Source: Candidatus Kaiserbacteria bacterium
GTDB lineage: Bacteria > Patescibacteriota > Minisyncoccia > Phycocordibacterales > UBA2100
Direction of reading: 5' to 3'
DNA: 64,000 nt
NCBI GenBank assembly: GCA_016217965.1
Contig: JACRFI010000015.1
Location: 16,366-80,365, forward strand
Part shown: piece by piece, positions 47,678 through 56,860 of the stretch
Layout of the letters: every line of letters begins with the position of its first letter
How positions within the stretch are numbered: position 1 is the stretch's first letter
The notes under the pieces: model-generated
The model's database searches: none
What the model saw: only the letters and a program-made list of their open reading frames with translations
Told to the model about the DNA's origin: nothing
Made by a program: the position numbers and the translations under genes

Positions 47678-50605
47678 CTATAGTGCTTGGGCAATGACGA
47701 GGTTTACGATTCGTCCCTTCACGTAAATCACTTTTAGTACCTGCCTACCCTCTAGCCATTTTGCCCCAGCTTCGATCGCTTTCGTTTTCGCACTCTCTTC
47801 ACTCTCTTCAGGAGAAATAGATATTTGAGTGCGAGTCTTGCCATTGATTTGAACAGCAACTGATACCGTGTCAGCCACTAGTTTCCCTGCTTTAAATGCT
47901 GGCCATTTTTCAAGATGAATTGATTTCTTGTGGCCGAGCTCGGCCCATAGTTCGTCCGCGATATGTGGCGCGAAAGGCGATAAAAGCCGAAGTACTATTT
48001 CGAATTGGGCCTTTGAAATTCCGGCGCGCTCGGCTTCGTTCAGGAACGACATCATCTGTGCTATTGCGGTATTGAATTTCAAAGCCGGAATGTCTTCTGA
48101 GACTTTCTTGATCGTCTTGTGAAGAGAGATTTCGATCTCTTCGCCTCCTTTTCCTATCTTTTCGCGTAGTCGCCACACGCGCTCTAAAAAGCGCCGGACT
48201 CCTACAACACCATCCGGGTTCCATGGATACGTCGAGACCTCGTTGTACGGACCCACGAACGCGAGGTACATGCGCACCGTATCAGCGCCAAGCTGTGCAA
48301 CTACAGAGTCCGGGTCGATGACATTTCCTCTCGATTTCGACATCTTCTGGCCATCAGGCCCCAGAATGAGCGAACGGTTCATGCGCCGCGTGTACGGTTC
48401 AGGATCCATTGCCAGCTTGAGGTCGAAAAGTGCTTTCTGCCAAAACCGCGAATACAGGACGTGCATTGTGGTGTGTTCGGCGCCGCCCGAGTATAGATTG
48501 ATAGGCATCCACGCTTTTTGCTTTTTTGGTTCTGAGAACAGTTTCTTATTTTTCGGATCAATGTAGCGGAGGAAATACCAAGAAGAATCGACGAAGGTGT
48601 CGAGTGTATCTGTCTCGCGTTCTGCATGCCCTTTGCATTTCGGACACTTCACATTCACCCACTTGCGTACCTTTGCAAGTGGCGAGCGGCCGCTTCCATC
48701 CGGCAGGTAGTCTTTGACCTCCGGCAACTTCACGGGAAGATCTTTATCTGGCACTGCAACTTGGCCGCAAGTTTTGCAGTGGATTATCGGAATGGGAACT
48801 CCCCAGTACCTCTGGCGGGAAACTATCCAGTCACGCAGTTTGTACGTCTTCTTCTGCGTGCCGAACTCTGTAGTCATTTTTGATCGCGCCTCTTTGCTGT
48901 CTATTCCGGAGAAGTTCGCCGAATTCACAAGCCTTCCCTCTCCTGTATATGTACCTGTCTCAATTTTTCCTGATGAAATAACGTCACGGATCGGCAAATT
49001 AAACTTCTTTGCAAATTCGAAATCACGTTCATCGTGAGCAGGTACCGCCATGATGGCGCCAGTGCCGTAGTGCGCCAGCACATAATCGGCGACGTATATT
49101 GGTATTTTCTCGCCCGTTGCAGGATTTATCGCCTCGACTCCTCCCAATCTGACCCCGGTCTTTTCTTTCTGTTCAGCCATCCTCTCTAATTCTGTCTTCT
49201 TCGCCGCCTGATCAACGTACGCTTGCACTTCTGCGTTGTTTTGCAGAACTGTTTTATGGCTGAGTGCGAGCGTTACCCATTGATGCTCGGGTGCAAGCAC
49301 AAGATACGTGGCACCATAGAGCGTATCAGCCCGCGTCGTAAATACACGAATTGTAGGACGAATCCACATAAGAAAATCAGGCTCTCTGTCGGCAGTAAAG
49401 TGCTCTTGGATCGCGTTCGTCTCAACTAGTTGCGCGTCTATAGTTTTAGCGAGCTCTTGTAAATAGGGAGCACGCGCTTTTTCCTGAAGATCGGAAAGAA
49501 CCAAACGGGAGTCTGTGTTCTGCTTGATTTTCTGCACATCGAGCTTCCAATTGAAATCTTTCCAAAACGGCCGTCGAATAGCCGTAGGAAAATTTGGGTC
49601 TACTGCTGGTGCTATGACAACAAGTCGTGCAATTTTGCGCTTCAATTTTTCCGCAACCTTCATCGCGACAAGTCCGCCAAGGCTATGCCCAACAACAATC
49701 GTATTTTCATCGTAGGTTGTAGCTGATAGCGCCGTTGCAACTTGTTCCGATTCTTTTGGGGTATCAGTGTTGGGCAACGCGGGAATGACCACTTCATGCC
49801 CCAATTCTTCTAACTTCTTTTTGACCCACTGCCAACGTGGTCGATTCGGATTACTTTTATAGCCGTGCAAAAGCACAAACTTGTATTTCTTTCCAAGATC
49901 AAGACCAAAATCAATCTCGGCGCCTTCGCTGCGACCTATCCAATTGCGTTGGGATTCTTTTATTTGCTCTGGCCAGTCCAGTTCTTTCAGGTCATCGACA
50001 AGCCGGTCAGCATATTTTGTGATCCTCAGATTCCACTGCAGCATCTGTTTCTGGATCACCTCCGTCTTACAGCGCTCGCAGCGCCCATCCACAACCTGCT
50101 CGTTCGCAAGCACAGTTTTGCACGACGGGCACCAGTTCACTGCCGTTTCCTTCCGATATGCCAGTCCATTCTTGAAGAATTGGAGAAACTGCCACTGAGT
50201 CCATTTGTAATATTCGGGATCACACGTGATGACTTCCCGAGACCAATCGAAGGATGCTCCCATGGACGCCATCTGTTTTTTCATGTAGGCGATATTGCCA
50301 TACGTCCACTTTCTGGGGTTCAGTTTGTTTTTTATCGCGGCATTCTCTGCCGGAAGCCCAAATGCATCGAAGCCGATCGGATACAACACATTTTTTCCTT
50401 GCATCCGCAAATGGCGCGTCAAAATGTCAGGCACCGAGAATGCGTACCAGTGGCCAACGTGGAGATTTCCCGAAGGGTATGGGAATTCTGTAAGAAGGTA
50501 GTAATTTTTCTTTCCTTTTACCGTATCTGCAGTCTTGTAGAGCTTCGCTTTCGCCCATTTTTGTTGCCATTTCTTTTCTATTTTGCGATGGTCATACTTT
50601 CGCAT
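47678..50605 (-). CDS. leuS: Leucine--tRNA ligase with inserted alpha/beta-hydrolase domain
   Basis: FPYPSGNLHVGH, DAFGLPAENAA, FTTRADT, YGTGAIMAVPAHD, SRQRYWG and KMSKS; GHSLG domain inserted at about 49355-49891. Confidence 0.96.
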   Translation of the reverse strand: MRKYDHRKIEKKWQQKWAKAKLYKTADTVKGKKNYYLLTEFPYPSGNLHVGHWYAFSVPDILTRHLRMQGKNVLYPIGFDAFGLPAENAAIKNKLNPRKWTYGNIAYMKKQMASMGASFDWSREVITCDPEYYKWTQWQFLQFFKNGLAYRKETAVNWCPSCKTVLANEQVVDGRCERCKTEVIQKQMLQWNLRITKYADRLVDDLKELDWPEQIKESQRNWIGRSEGAEIDFGLDLGKKYKFVLLHGYKSNPNRPRWQWVKKKLEELGHEVVIPALPNTDTPKESEQVATALSATTYDENTIVVGHSLGGLVAMKVAEKLKRKIARLVVIAPAVDPNFPTAIRRPFWKDFNWKLDVQKIKQNTDSRLVLSDLQEKARAPYLQELAKTIDAQLVETNAIQEHFTADREPDFLMWIRPTIRVFTTRADTLYGATYLVLAPEHQWVTLALSHKTVLQNNAEVQAYVDQAAKKTELERMAEQKEKTGVRLGGVEAINPATGEKIPIYVADYVLAHYGTGAIMAVPAHDERDFEFAKKFNLPIRDVISSGKIETGTYTGEGRLVNSANFSGIDSKEARSKMTTEFGTQKKTYKLRDWIVSRQRYWGVPIPIIHCKTCGQVAVPDKDLPVKLPEVKDYLPDGSGRSPLAKVRKWVNVKCPKCKGHAERETDTLDTFVDSSWYFLRYIDPKNKKLFSEPKKQKAWMPINLYSGGAEHTTMHVLYSRFWQKALFDLKLAMDPEPYTRRMNRSLILGPDGQKMSKSRGNVIDPDSVVAQLGADTVRMYLAFVGPYNEVSTYPWNPDGVVGVRRFLERVWRLREKIGKGGEEIEISLHKTIKKVSEDIPALKFNTAIAQMMSFLNEAERAGISKAQFEIVLRLLSPFAPHIADELWAELGHKKSIHLEKWPAFKAGKLVADTVSVAVQINGKTRTQISISPEESEESAKTKAIEAGAKWLEGRQVLKVIYVKGRIVNLVIAQAL

Positions 50606-50645
50606 TAAAAGACAGTATCACGAAGAAAACCTGTATACTAGCCGC

Positions 50646-50897
50646 ATGTGGCAGGATTGGATCATCAGTGTCGTGCAGTGGGGGTTCATCCTTGCGAACG
50701 TACCGACTATTCTGGACAAGCACCAGAAACCAGCGCTTCTCACATCAATCGCCTCCGCAGCCGGTCTTTATATCTTTACCGCCACATACATCACACTCGG
50801 TCTTTGGGCAGCCGCTGCGTCGTCTTTCATCCTAGCGACCGAGTGGGCGCTGCTCGCCTACCAGCGCTGGCAGTTAGACAAATCTAATTCGTCTTAG
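50646..50897 (+). CDS. Small 3-TM membrane protein (PQ-loop/SemiSWEET-like layout)
   Basis: Three hydrophobic segments with PTIL..KP after TM1; TATACT 6 nt before the ATG. Confidence 0.6.
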   Translation: MWQDWIISVVQWGFILANVPTILDKHQKPALLTSIASAAGLYIFTATYITLGLWAAAASSFILATEWALLAYQRWQLDKSNSS

Positions 50898-51842
50898 CTA
50901 TTCGCGTACGGGAATTCCCTTCGGATACACCGGGTATAAGTCGGGGTCGATAGTTCTGTCGAAACAGTGTTCGCCTTGCCCATGCAACCAGTTATCCGCG
51001 CTCGTTCCATATTCAGGATACGCAACTTGCATGCCCTTGGTTTCTTCTGTGACTTCGAAGTTAAATGTCGCACAGAGCTTGAACGACATATCCCCCGTCT
51101 TTTGATACGTATATGCTTGTTCATTCTGTGGATCTATGGGTGCCTTCCAACCAGAGATAGGATCTTCAAGTTGCCCGAGTGACGCTGGAAGAGATTCTTT
51201 CTGCTGCCAATAATTGACAACCTGCCACTGGATATTCTGAAGGTCGGAGATTTTTTGTGTGTCATACCGCATGAGGCGCACGTCGCCCGGCGTACCCATG
51301 ATAAAGAATCCTGCAATTATCGTGAGTAGAACAGCGGCGCCTGCTCCATAGCCGACCATCTGAGCGCTGCCTCGATTGGCAGTCCAGTATCCGCGCAGGT
51401 CAGCAAGAAAGTGAAGGAACGCTGCGCCCGCGACCAAAAGCAACACGACGACTTTGAGAAGGAATGGAGTAGTAAGATCTCCACCCAAGAATGAATTTAT
51501 AAGCGCGATTAGGTCGCCGATGACTGCAGCCCCAGCAATGAATACCGTGAGTACGAGCGCCCAGCGGCGTATCCACAAGTCATTTTTCTCAGGCGTTCGC
51601 GCGATGTCCGAGCGGATATAGCGCATTAAGAGAAGTGTCACAGGGACAAGCACAATGAGGGTTGCCATCGCAAAGCGCATGCTTCCTGAGAACGGATCGG
51701 AATAGTAGTACGTCAGAGGATCCGGGTATGCGTAGTTAATGTATTGGAATAGAAGCGTAATAAAAGAAATGACGCTGCCATAGAGCGCCACCATCGCACC
51801 TGCCCAGAGAAAGAAATCTTTCGGAGTTACCTTTGGTTGCAT
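50898..51842 (-). CDS. DUF5671-like membrane protein with pilin/T2SS-G-like C-terminal domain
   Basis: TPKDFFL, about 5 TMs, DTQKISDLQNIQ..VVNYW..LP and DP...Y.Y...FKLCATF. Confidence 0.7.
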   Translation of the reverse strand: MQPKVTPKDFFLWAGAMVALYGSVISFITLLFQYINYAYPDPLTYYYSDPFSGSMRFAMATLIVLVPVTLLLMRYIRSDIARTPEKNDLWIRRWALVLTVFIAGAAVIGDLIALINSFLGGDLTTPFLLKVVVLLLVAGAAFLHFLADLRGYWTANRGSAQMVGYGAGAAVLLTIIAGFFIMGTPGDVRLMRYDTQKISDLQNIQWQVVNYWQQKESLPASLGQLEDPISGWKAPIDPQNEQAYTYQKTGDMSFKLCATFNFEVTEETKGMQVAYPEYGTSADNWLHGQGEHCFDRTIDPDLYPVYPKGIPVRE

Positions 51843-51918
51843 AATATTATTTATATTGTGTAATGCGTTAAGTATAACACAGCGCTACTGTGTATCCGAC
51901 GCAGGTCAACATCTTCGC

Positions 51919-53334
51919 TTACCAACCGAATTGTCTCCCTACCTCCTCCGGCGTTTCTCGTTTTCGTACCACTTTTATCTCGCCGTTTGATGCCATCAAT
52001 TTTAGAGGAGACGACAGCAAGCAGTGGTGCGACGAAAGAGAATCTTGGTACGCTCCCGTGTCAAAAAATGCGACGAATAGTTCCTCGACGTCCGTTAGAC
52101 GTGGCAACAGCACATATGAGCCGCCGTTCGTATATTTATCATCACTGTCGCACGAGCTGCCCGCAAGCCAAACTCTGTCGAGTTTTGAATAGTTCATGTT
52201 GTTGACCGGGACAACGTGCCACTTCTGCTTCAAGGCCCATGTGTCCGTGAGGTCGTTCATAAAACTGCCGTCCACGACGTACCATTTGTTACCGCCTTTA
52301 TTAAGCACCTTTTTTTCTGCAAGGACCTTGTAGATAGTAATCTGTGCAGGAGCCACGACATATCTTCCCCATTCTACGATAAGGTTCGGATGCCGAATTC
52401 CAAGAGAGTCGCATTGTGTCTTTGCGGTCTTTACCAGTTTTTGTATGAGATTCTTTCCAGAATAAAAACGTTTGTTTTTGTTGTAAGGCACGCCAGCACC
52501 GCCGCCGATATCTAACGTATCCAGCCCAGGATTCTTTTCTTTCACTTTTGCATAGAGCTGTAGTGCTCGTTTCAAAGGTTCTACGAGCCCATTCACGTTC
52601 TCTATTTGGCTAGAAATGTGGTAGTGGAGGACGGATAAGTTCCGTATCTTACCCAGATCCAATATTTCCTGCTCCGTAAAGCCAAATCTATTGAATTTTT
52701 TATCCCAATGGCTTTTTACTTTGACGTTTAAGTCCACGCGAATTCCGACTGGTCCTTTGAATTTTTGCATTCTCTCCAATTCCACGGGGTCCTCGATAAT
52801 TGGAACGACTGTCAGGCCCTTGCCACGAAGCTCCTCGATAAGATCCATGTATCGCTCGGTTTTCGGCCCGTTGCAGATGACCCGCATTTTGCTGTGGAAT
52901 TTTTCCTGCTCTAGCATTCTCTTGACGAGGAACAACTCGTTTGCACTTCCAACATCAAGGTTAGAGCCCTCAGCGACCGCCGGAAGGACGAATTCGCGGT
53001 TCTGATTCACCTTCATTGGATAGTGGTAGTAGAACTTTCCTTTATAGCCGAGAACTTTTATGTATGCGTTAAATGTTTCTATGAGGTCACGCACCCTGTT
53101 CTCAACGATGGTTGGGAAAAATAACTCTGTTCCTGTACCGTACTTTTTGACGATATCGAAAATATTGTATTGATAGTTACCTTCACGCACAGTAAGTTCG
53201 CCGTCCGCGCTAATGTCGAACGCACTCGTATTCTGGTCCTCCATTCCGAGGCGCCAGAATTTTTTGAACCCATTTTTCTTCTTTTTCCTTGTTACTTTTT
53301 TGCGCTTGGAATGTGATGACTCATCTGTACCCAT
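51919..53334 (-). CDS. speA: Compact arginine decarboxylase (SpeA-like, fold III PLP)
   Basis: YPMKVNQ (PLP Lys), DVGSANEL, CNGPK, HYHISSQ, DIGGG, EWGR, SCDSDD and GAYQ. Confidence 0.8.
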   Translation of the reverse strand: MGTDESSHSKRKKVTRKKKKNGFKKFWRLGMEDQNTSAFDISADGELTVREGNYQYNIFDIVKKYGTGTELFFPTIVENRVRDLIETFNAYIKVLGYKGKFYYHYPMKVNQNREFVLPAVAEGSNLDVGSANELFLVKRMLEQEKFHSKMRVICNGPKTERYMDLIEELRGKGLTVVPIIEDPVELERMQKFKGPVGIRVDLNVKVKSHWDKKFNRFGFTEQEILDLGKIRNLSVLHYHISSQIENVNGLVEPLKRALQLYAKVKEKNPGLDTLDIGGGAGVPYNKNKRFYSGKNLIQKLVKTAKTQCDSLGIRHPNLIVEWGRYVVAPAQITIYKVLAEKKVLNKGGNKWYVVDGSFMNDLTDTWALKQKWHVVPVNNMNYSKLDRVWLAGSSCDSDDKYTNGGSYVLLPRLTDVEELFVAFFDTGAYQDSLSSHHCLLSSPLKLMASNGEIKVVRKRETPEEVGRQFGW

Positions 53335-53480
53335 TTCTGATGTACCTTACCGATGCCTCTCTTCCCCTGGCAGTATTCGGATAGACAAGTGTTATACCAC
53401 GTTTTCCAAAAAATGCACGTTTTTCGCATGAACCTGGGGACAAGCCGATCTAAAAAGCATTCATGGTTTACACTTTCCTC

Positions 53481-53909
53481 ATGCAGTCATGGAAGATATT
53501 CGCTGTCCTCTACACTCTCGGGATTACGGGATATGCACTTGCCGCTAAGTTTAGTGGCGGAAAGATCTCTCCTCTTTTCGGAGCAATGCTAATGACGGCA
53601 TGCTCCCTCTCAATAATTACGTGTTTCTTTCTCTGGTATAGGGTGCACGGAGGTGAATTCACATACACAAGGTATGGTGTTGCAGCAGCTGCGCTAGCTG
53701 GTATTTCAATCGCTCTTGCCGATATAGCACTTTTCTTCATGTATGCACGCGGTGCGCAATTAAGTGTCGCGGCACTTCTCACGGAAGTCATTTCTATCGC
53801 CGTTGTCACCCTGATTGGACTGCTCTTGTTGAAGGAACCGTTTTCGTGGACAAAGGGCCTTGGCATCCTGTTCTCAGCTATTGGCATACTTTTATTATTT
53901 GAGGGATGA
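53481..53909 (+). CDS. EamA/DMT half-transporter
   Basis: 5 TMs with C-terminal LLLKEPFSWTKGLGILF. Confidence 0.8.
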   Translation: MQSWKIFAVLYTLGITGYALAAKFSGGKISPLFGAMLMTACSLSIITCFFLWYRVHGGEFTYTRYGVAAAALAGISIALADIALFFMYARGAQLSVAALLTEVISIAVVTLIGLLLLKEPFSWTKGLGILFSAIGILLLFEG

Positions 53910-53918
53910 TCGTGGCAT

Positions 53919-54752
53919 ATGGCACTGCGTGAACAACCAGAAAAACCAGCGGCTGAATCTTTCTGGAAGCTGCATGGACTTAAGGGTGCATTTGTAAATG
54001 AGACCTCGGCGCAGGATGCCATTTTATCCGTATCAAATAAGGGCGAGTGGGATAAGAATCTGTCAAAGTTGCAAAGTTTATTCTGGCCACTTATTAAAGA
54101 GGTCTATTCTCGCTCAGACGAAGAAGTCGCGAGACAGTTGGAGATCACGTTCGAAAATGTTGATAAAGTTTTTATAAAAACCGACGGCTCAAAAATACTT
54201 GGGTTCCTTTGCATCGAGAAGGGCGCCCCTAAGGTCGCAATAATCCGAGACGTCATAGTTCGAAAGGAATTCCAAAATTCCGGCATTGGAAAAGAGCTAT
54301 ATGCGTCATTATTCGCAGAGCCAGAATTCGATGCAGTTATTAGTGCCACAACAACACTTGCCGCTGAAATTAATCGATTCAATGTTGGCAACGAAAACGG
54401 ATTCGATAGCTTTTACGGCACTATGGGTACAGGAAATCCCGAAGTAGAGCGTCTCCGAGCGCTCGATACGGATTATTTGGCAAAAACGGATGTGCTATCC
54501 GAAGATCAATCTTTGTTACCTTCTGATAGCAGCGGATTCGTCCTGACGAAAGGGGACTATATCCCGCGCCTTGAATCCGCGGAAGTTACAGAATTACGAG
54601 AAAGAGCAAGAAAGCAATCAATACCTAGACAAATAGTAGAACAAGCAGACAAGATTTTGGGACTACAACGTGACCTTGACGAAAAACTAGGCAAGAATAA
54701 AGCGCCTGTAGTTGCTGGTCATTTAATTAGCATTCGAAGGCAAAACGAATAG
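53919..54752 (+). CDS. GNAT-family acetyltransferase
   Basis: ILGF, then motif A VIVRKEFQNSGIGKELY. Confidence 0.75.
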   Translation: MALREQPEKPAAESFWKLHGLKGAFVNETSAQDAILSVSNKGEWDKNLSKLQSLFWPLIKEVYSRSDEEVARQLEITFENVDKVFIKTDGSKILGFLCIEKGAPKVAIIRDVIVRKEFQNSGIGKELYASLFAEPEFDAVISATTTLAAEINRFNVGNENGFDSFYGTMGTGNPEVERLRALDTDYLAKTDVLSEDQSLLPSDSSGFVLTKGDYIPRLESAEVTELRERARKQSIPRQIVEQADKILGLQRDLDEKLGKNKAPVVAGHLISIRRQNE

Positions 54753-54791
54753 TCACAACACTAAACTACTAGCCAAAATCGAAAAGCAAGT

Positions 54792-54938
54792 TCAATTATC
54801 CCCTCCCTGTAGAACTTCCAACGCTTTAATCTTCTTAGGATCACTCGCTATTATTTTGGCGAGAGATTTTAATTCCTCGTGAGACAACTCTGCAATCTGG
54901 TGCAACATTCTTTCCGCTTCTGTCAGTTTATCATTCAT
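54792..54938 (-). CDS. Small 48-aa helical protein (below the ORF-track cutoff)
   Basis: MNDKLTEAERMLHQIAELSHEELKSLAKIIASDPKKIKALEVLQGGDN; extended -10 TGGTATCAT 7 nt before the ATG. Confidence 0.55.
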   Translation of the reverse strand: MNDKLTEAERMLHQIAELSHEELKSLAKIIASDPKKIKALEVLQGGDN

Positions 54939-55017
54939 ATTTGCAATGATACCACAACCTTGCATGCGCAGCGGAAAGGCTATTGCACCTGAAGATATTT
55001 GATATACAGTGAACGCG

Positions 55018-56265
55018 ATGAAAGGAACGGTTTTGATAATTGGAGCGGGAGGGGTGGGACACGTGACGGCGCATAAGTGTGCGAGAAATAAAAACGTGTT
55101 TAAGAAAATTCATCTCGCTAGCCGAACAATCGGTAAGCCGAACGCGATAAAAAAGGATGTAAAAAAGCGCTGGGGCGTGAATATATCGACCCACGTCGTT
55201 GATGCGGACAAAGCAAGAGATGTCGCAGCACTCATCCGCAAGACGCAGCCGGAGGTAGTTATCAACGTCGCACTTCCCTACCAAGACCTAGCCATCATGG
55301 ACGCGTGTCTTGCAACGAAAGTCCATTATATCGATACCGCGAACTATGAGCCAAAAGATGAGGCGCATTTCGAATACAGCTGGCAGTGGGCATACCAAAA
55401 ACGCTATAAGGATGCGGGTATCATGGCGGTCCTCGGCGCAGGCTTCGACCCGGGAGTTACGAACGCCTACATCGCGTATCTCGCAAAGAAATATTTCGAC
55501 AAGATAAAATACGTAGATATCCTTGATGCGAATGCAGGAAGCCACGGCAAGTCATTTGCGACGAATTTCAATCCTGAAATAAATATCCGCGAGGTCACGC
55601 AGGAAGTGAAGCACTGGAACAAGGGCAAGTGGGTCAAAACGCCGCCCATCATGGACCCTAAGAGCGTACATTTTAAATTCAACTATCCTATCGCAGGCCC
55701 TTGGGAAAGTTACATGCTATATCACGAGGAAATGGAATCGCTCGTCAAGCACTTCCCCTCTGTCGAGCGGATGCGCTTCTGGATGACGTTCGGTGAGAAT
55801 TACCTTACGCATCTTCGAGTAATGGAAAGTATCGGCATTTCTCGCATCGACCCAGTTATGCATGATGGAAAGAAAATAATCCCGATTCAATTCTTGAAAT
55901 CACTTCTTCCCGACCCTGCATCTCTCGCGACTGGCTACAGCGGAAAAGCGGTCATTGGATGCATCGTGACTGGCGTTCCAAAAGGCTCGAAGCTTGAAGC
56001 TAGAAGCCAGAAGCTAATTACGAAGTACATCTATAACGTCACCGACCATGCAAAATGCTTCAAAGAGCTGGGTTCACAAGGAATTTCGTATACAGCCGGC
56101 GTTCCGCCGGTGATTGCTGCCATGATGGTCATGAAAGGCATCTGGAAAGGCGCGGGTGTATTCAATGTCGAACAGCTCGATCCCGAACCATTCCTTAGTA
56201 CCCTCGCTAAGAACGGCTTGCCTTTCAAGGTCATCAACTACAAACCGCTTCCAGCAAAGATTTAA
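55018..56265 (+). CDS. Carboxy(nor)spermidine dehydrogenase (saccharopine dehydrogenase family)
   Basis: IIGAGGVG, NVALPYQDL, DTANYEP, FDPGVT, FATNFNPEINIRE, YHEEMESL and SYTAGVP. Confidence 0.9.
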   Translation: MKGTVLIIGAGGVGHVTAHKCARNKNVFKKIHLASRTIGKPNAIKKDVKKRWGVNISTHVVDADKARDVAALIRKTQPEVVINVALPYQDLAIMDACLATKVHYIDTANYEPKDEAHFEYSWQWAYQKRYKDAGIMAVLGAGFDPGVTNAYIAYLAKKYFDKIKYVDILDANAGSHGKSFATNFNPEINIREVTQEVKHWNKGKWVKTPPIMDPKSVHFKFNYPIAGPWESYMLYHEEMESLVKHFPSVERMRFWMTFGENYLTHLRVMESIGISRIDPVMHDGKKIIPIQFLKSLLPDPASLATGYSGKAVIGCIVTGVPKGSKLEARSQKLITKYIYNVTDHAKCFKELGSQGISYTAGVPPVIAAMMVMKGIWKGAGVFNVEQLDPEPFLSTLAKNGLPFKVINYKPLPAKI

Positions 56266-56269
56266 ATAA

Positions 56270-56857
56270 ATGGAGCTAAAAATTGCCCTCGGTGCCACTG
56301 CGGTACTGTGCGAAGTAATAAGCGCAGCTCTTTATTTGACTGACATTTTTCGTGGAAACACGAAACCACATTTGTATACCAATCTTGTGTGGTCGGTCGT
56401 CATGAGCATCGCATTTGCCGGCATGATAATCGGAGGCGGCGCTGCCGGGACGTGGGCGACCGGTGCATCACTCCTTCTTATACTCATAACTCTTGTACTT
56501 TCACTTAAATGGGGAACCACTGATATTACTCGTTCCGACAAAGCGTTTCTTGGTGCGGCGTTATTAGCAATTGTTCCATGGGCTATTACAAAAAACCCCC
56601 TCGGTTCGGTCATACTCGCCAGTGCCATAGATGCGTGTGGCATCGCTCCCACGATCCGTAAAACATGGCGAGCGCCCCTCTCTGAATCATTGGCAGCATG
56701 GATATTCGCGCTATTGCGAACAGGGTTCCAAATCGCAGCATTAGCCGTGTACACGCCATTAACAGTGTTATATTTGGCGGAAGTAATGGTTGCAGATGTG
56801 TTATTACTAACGGTCATTCTCTATCGGAGGTCGACTAGCGAGAGGAAAATTCCATAA
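56270..56857 (+). CDS. Multi-TM membrane protein (PQ-loop-like)
   Basis: 6-7 TMs; RGNTKPH and PTIRKTWRAP.SES loops. Confidence 0.65.
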   Translation: MELKIALGATAVLCEVISAALYLTDIFRGNTKPHLYTNLVWSVVMSIAFAGMIIGGGAAGTWATGASLLLILITLVLSLKWGTTDITRSDKAFLGAALLAIVPWAITKNPLGSVILASAIDACGIAPTIRKTWRAPLSESLAAWIFALLRTGFQIAALAVYTPLTVLYLAEVMVADVLLLTVILYRRSTSERKIP

Positions 56858-56860
56858 CAT

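Noticed and set aside
49355-49891. Intein in LeuRS
   Set aside because: No Cys/Ser start, His-Asn end or LAGLIDADG blocks; the insert has alpha/beta-hydrolase motifs.
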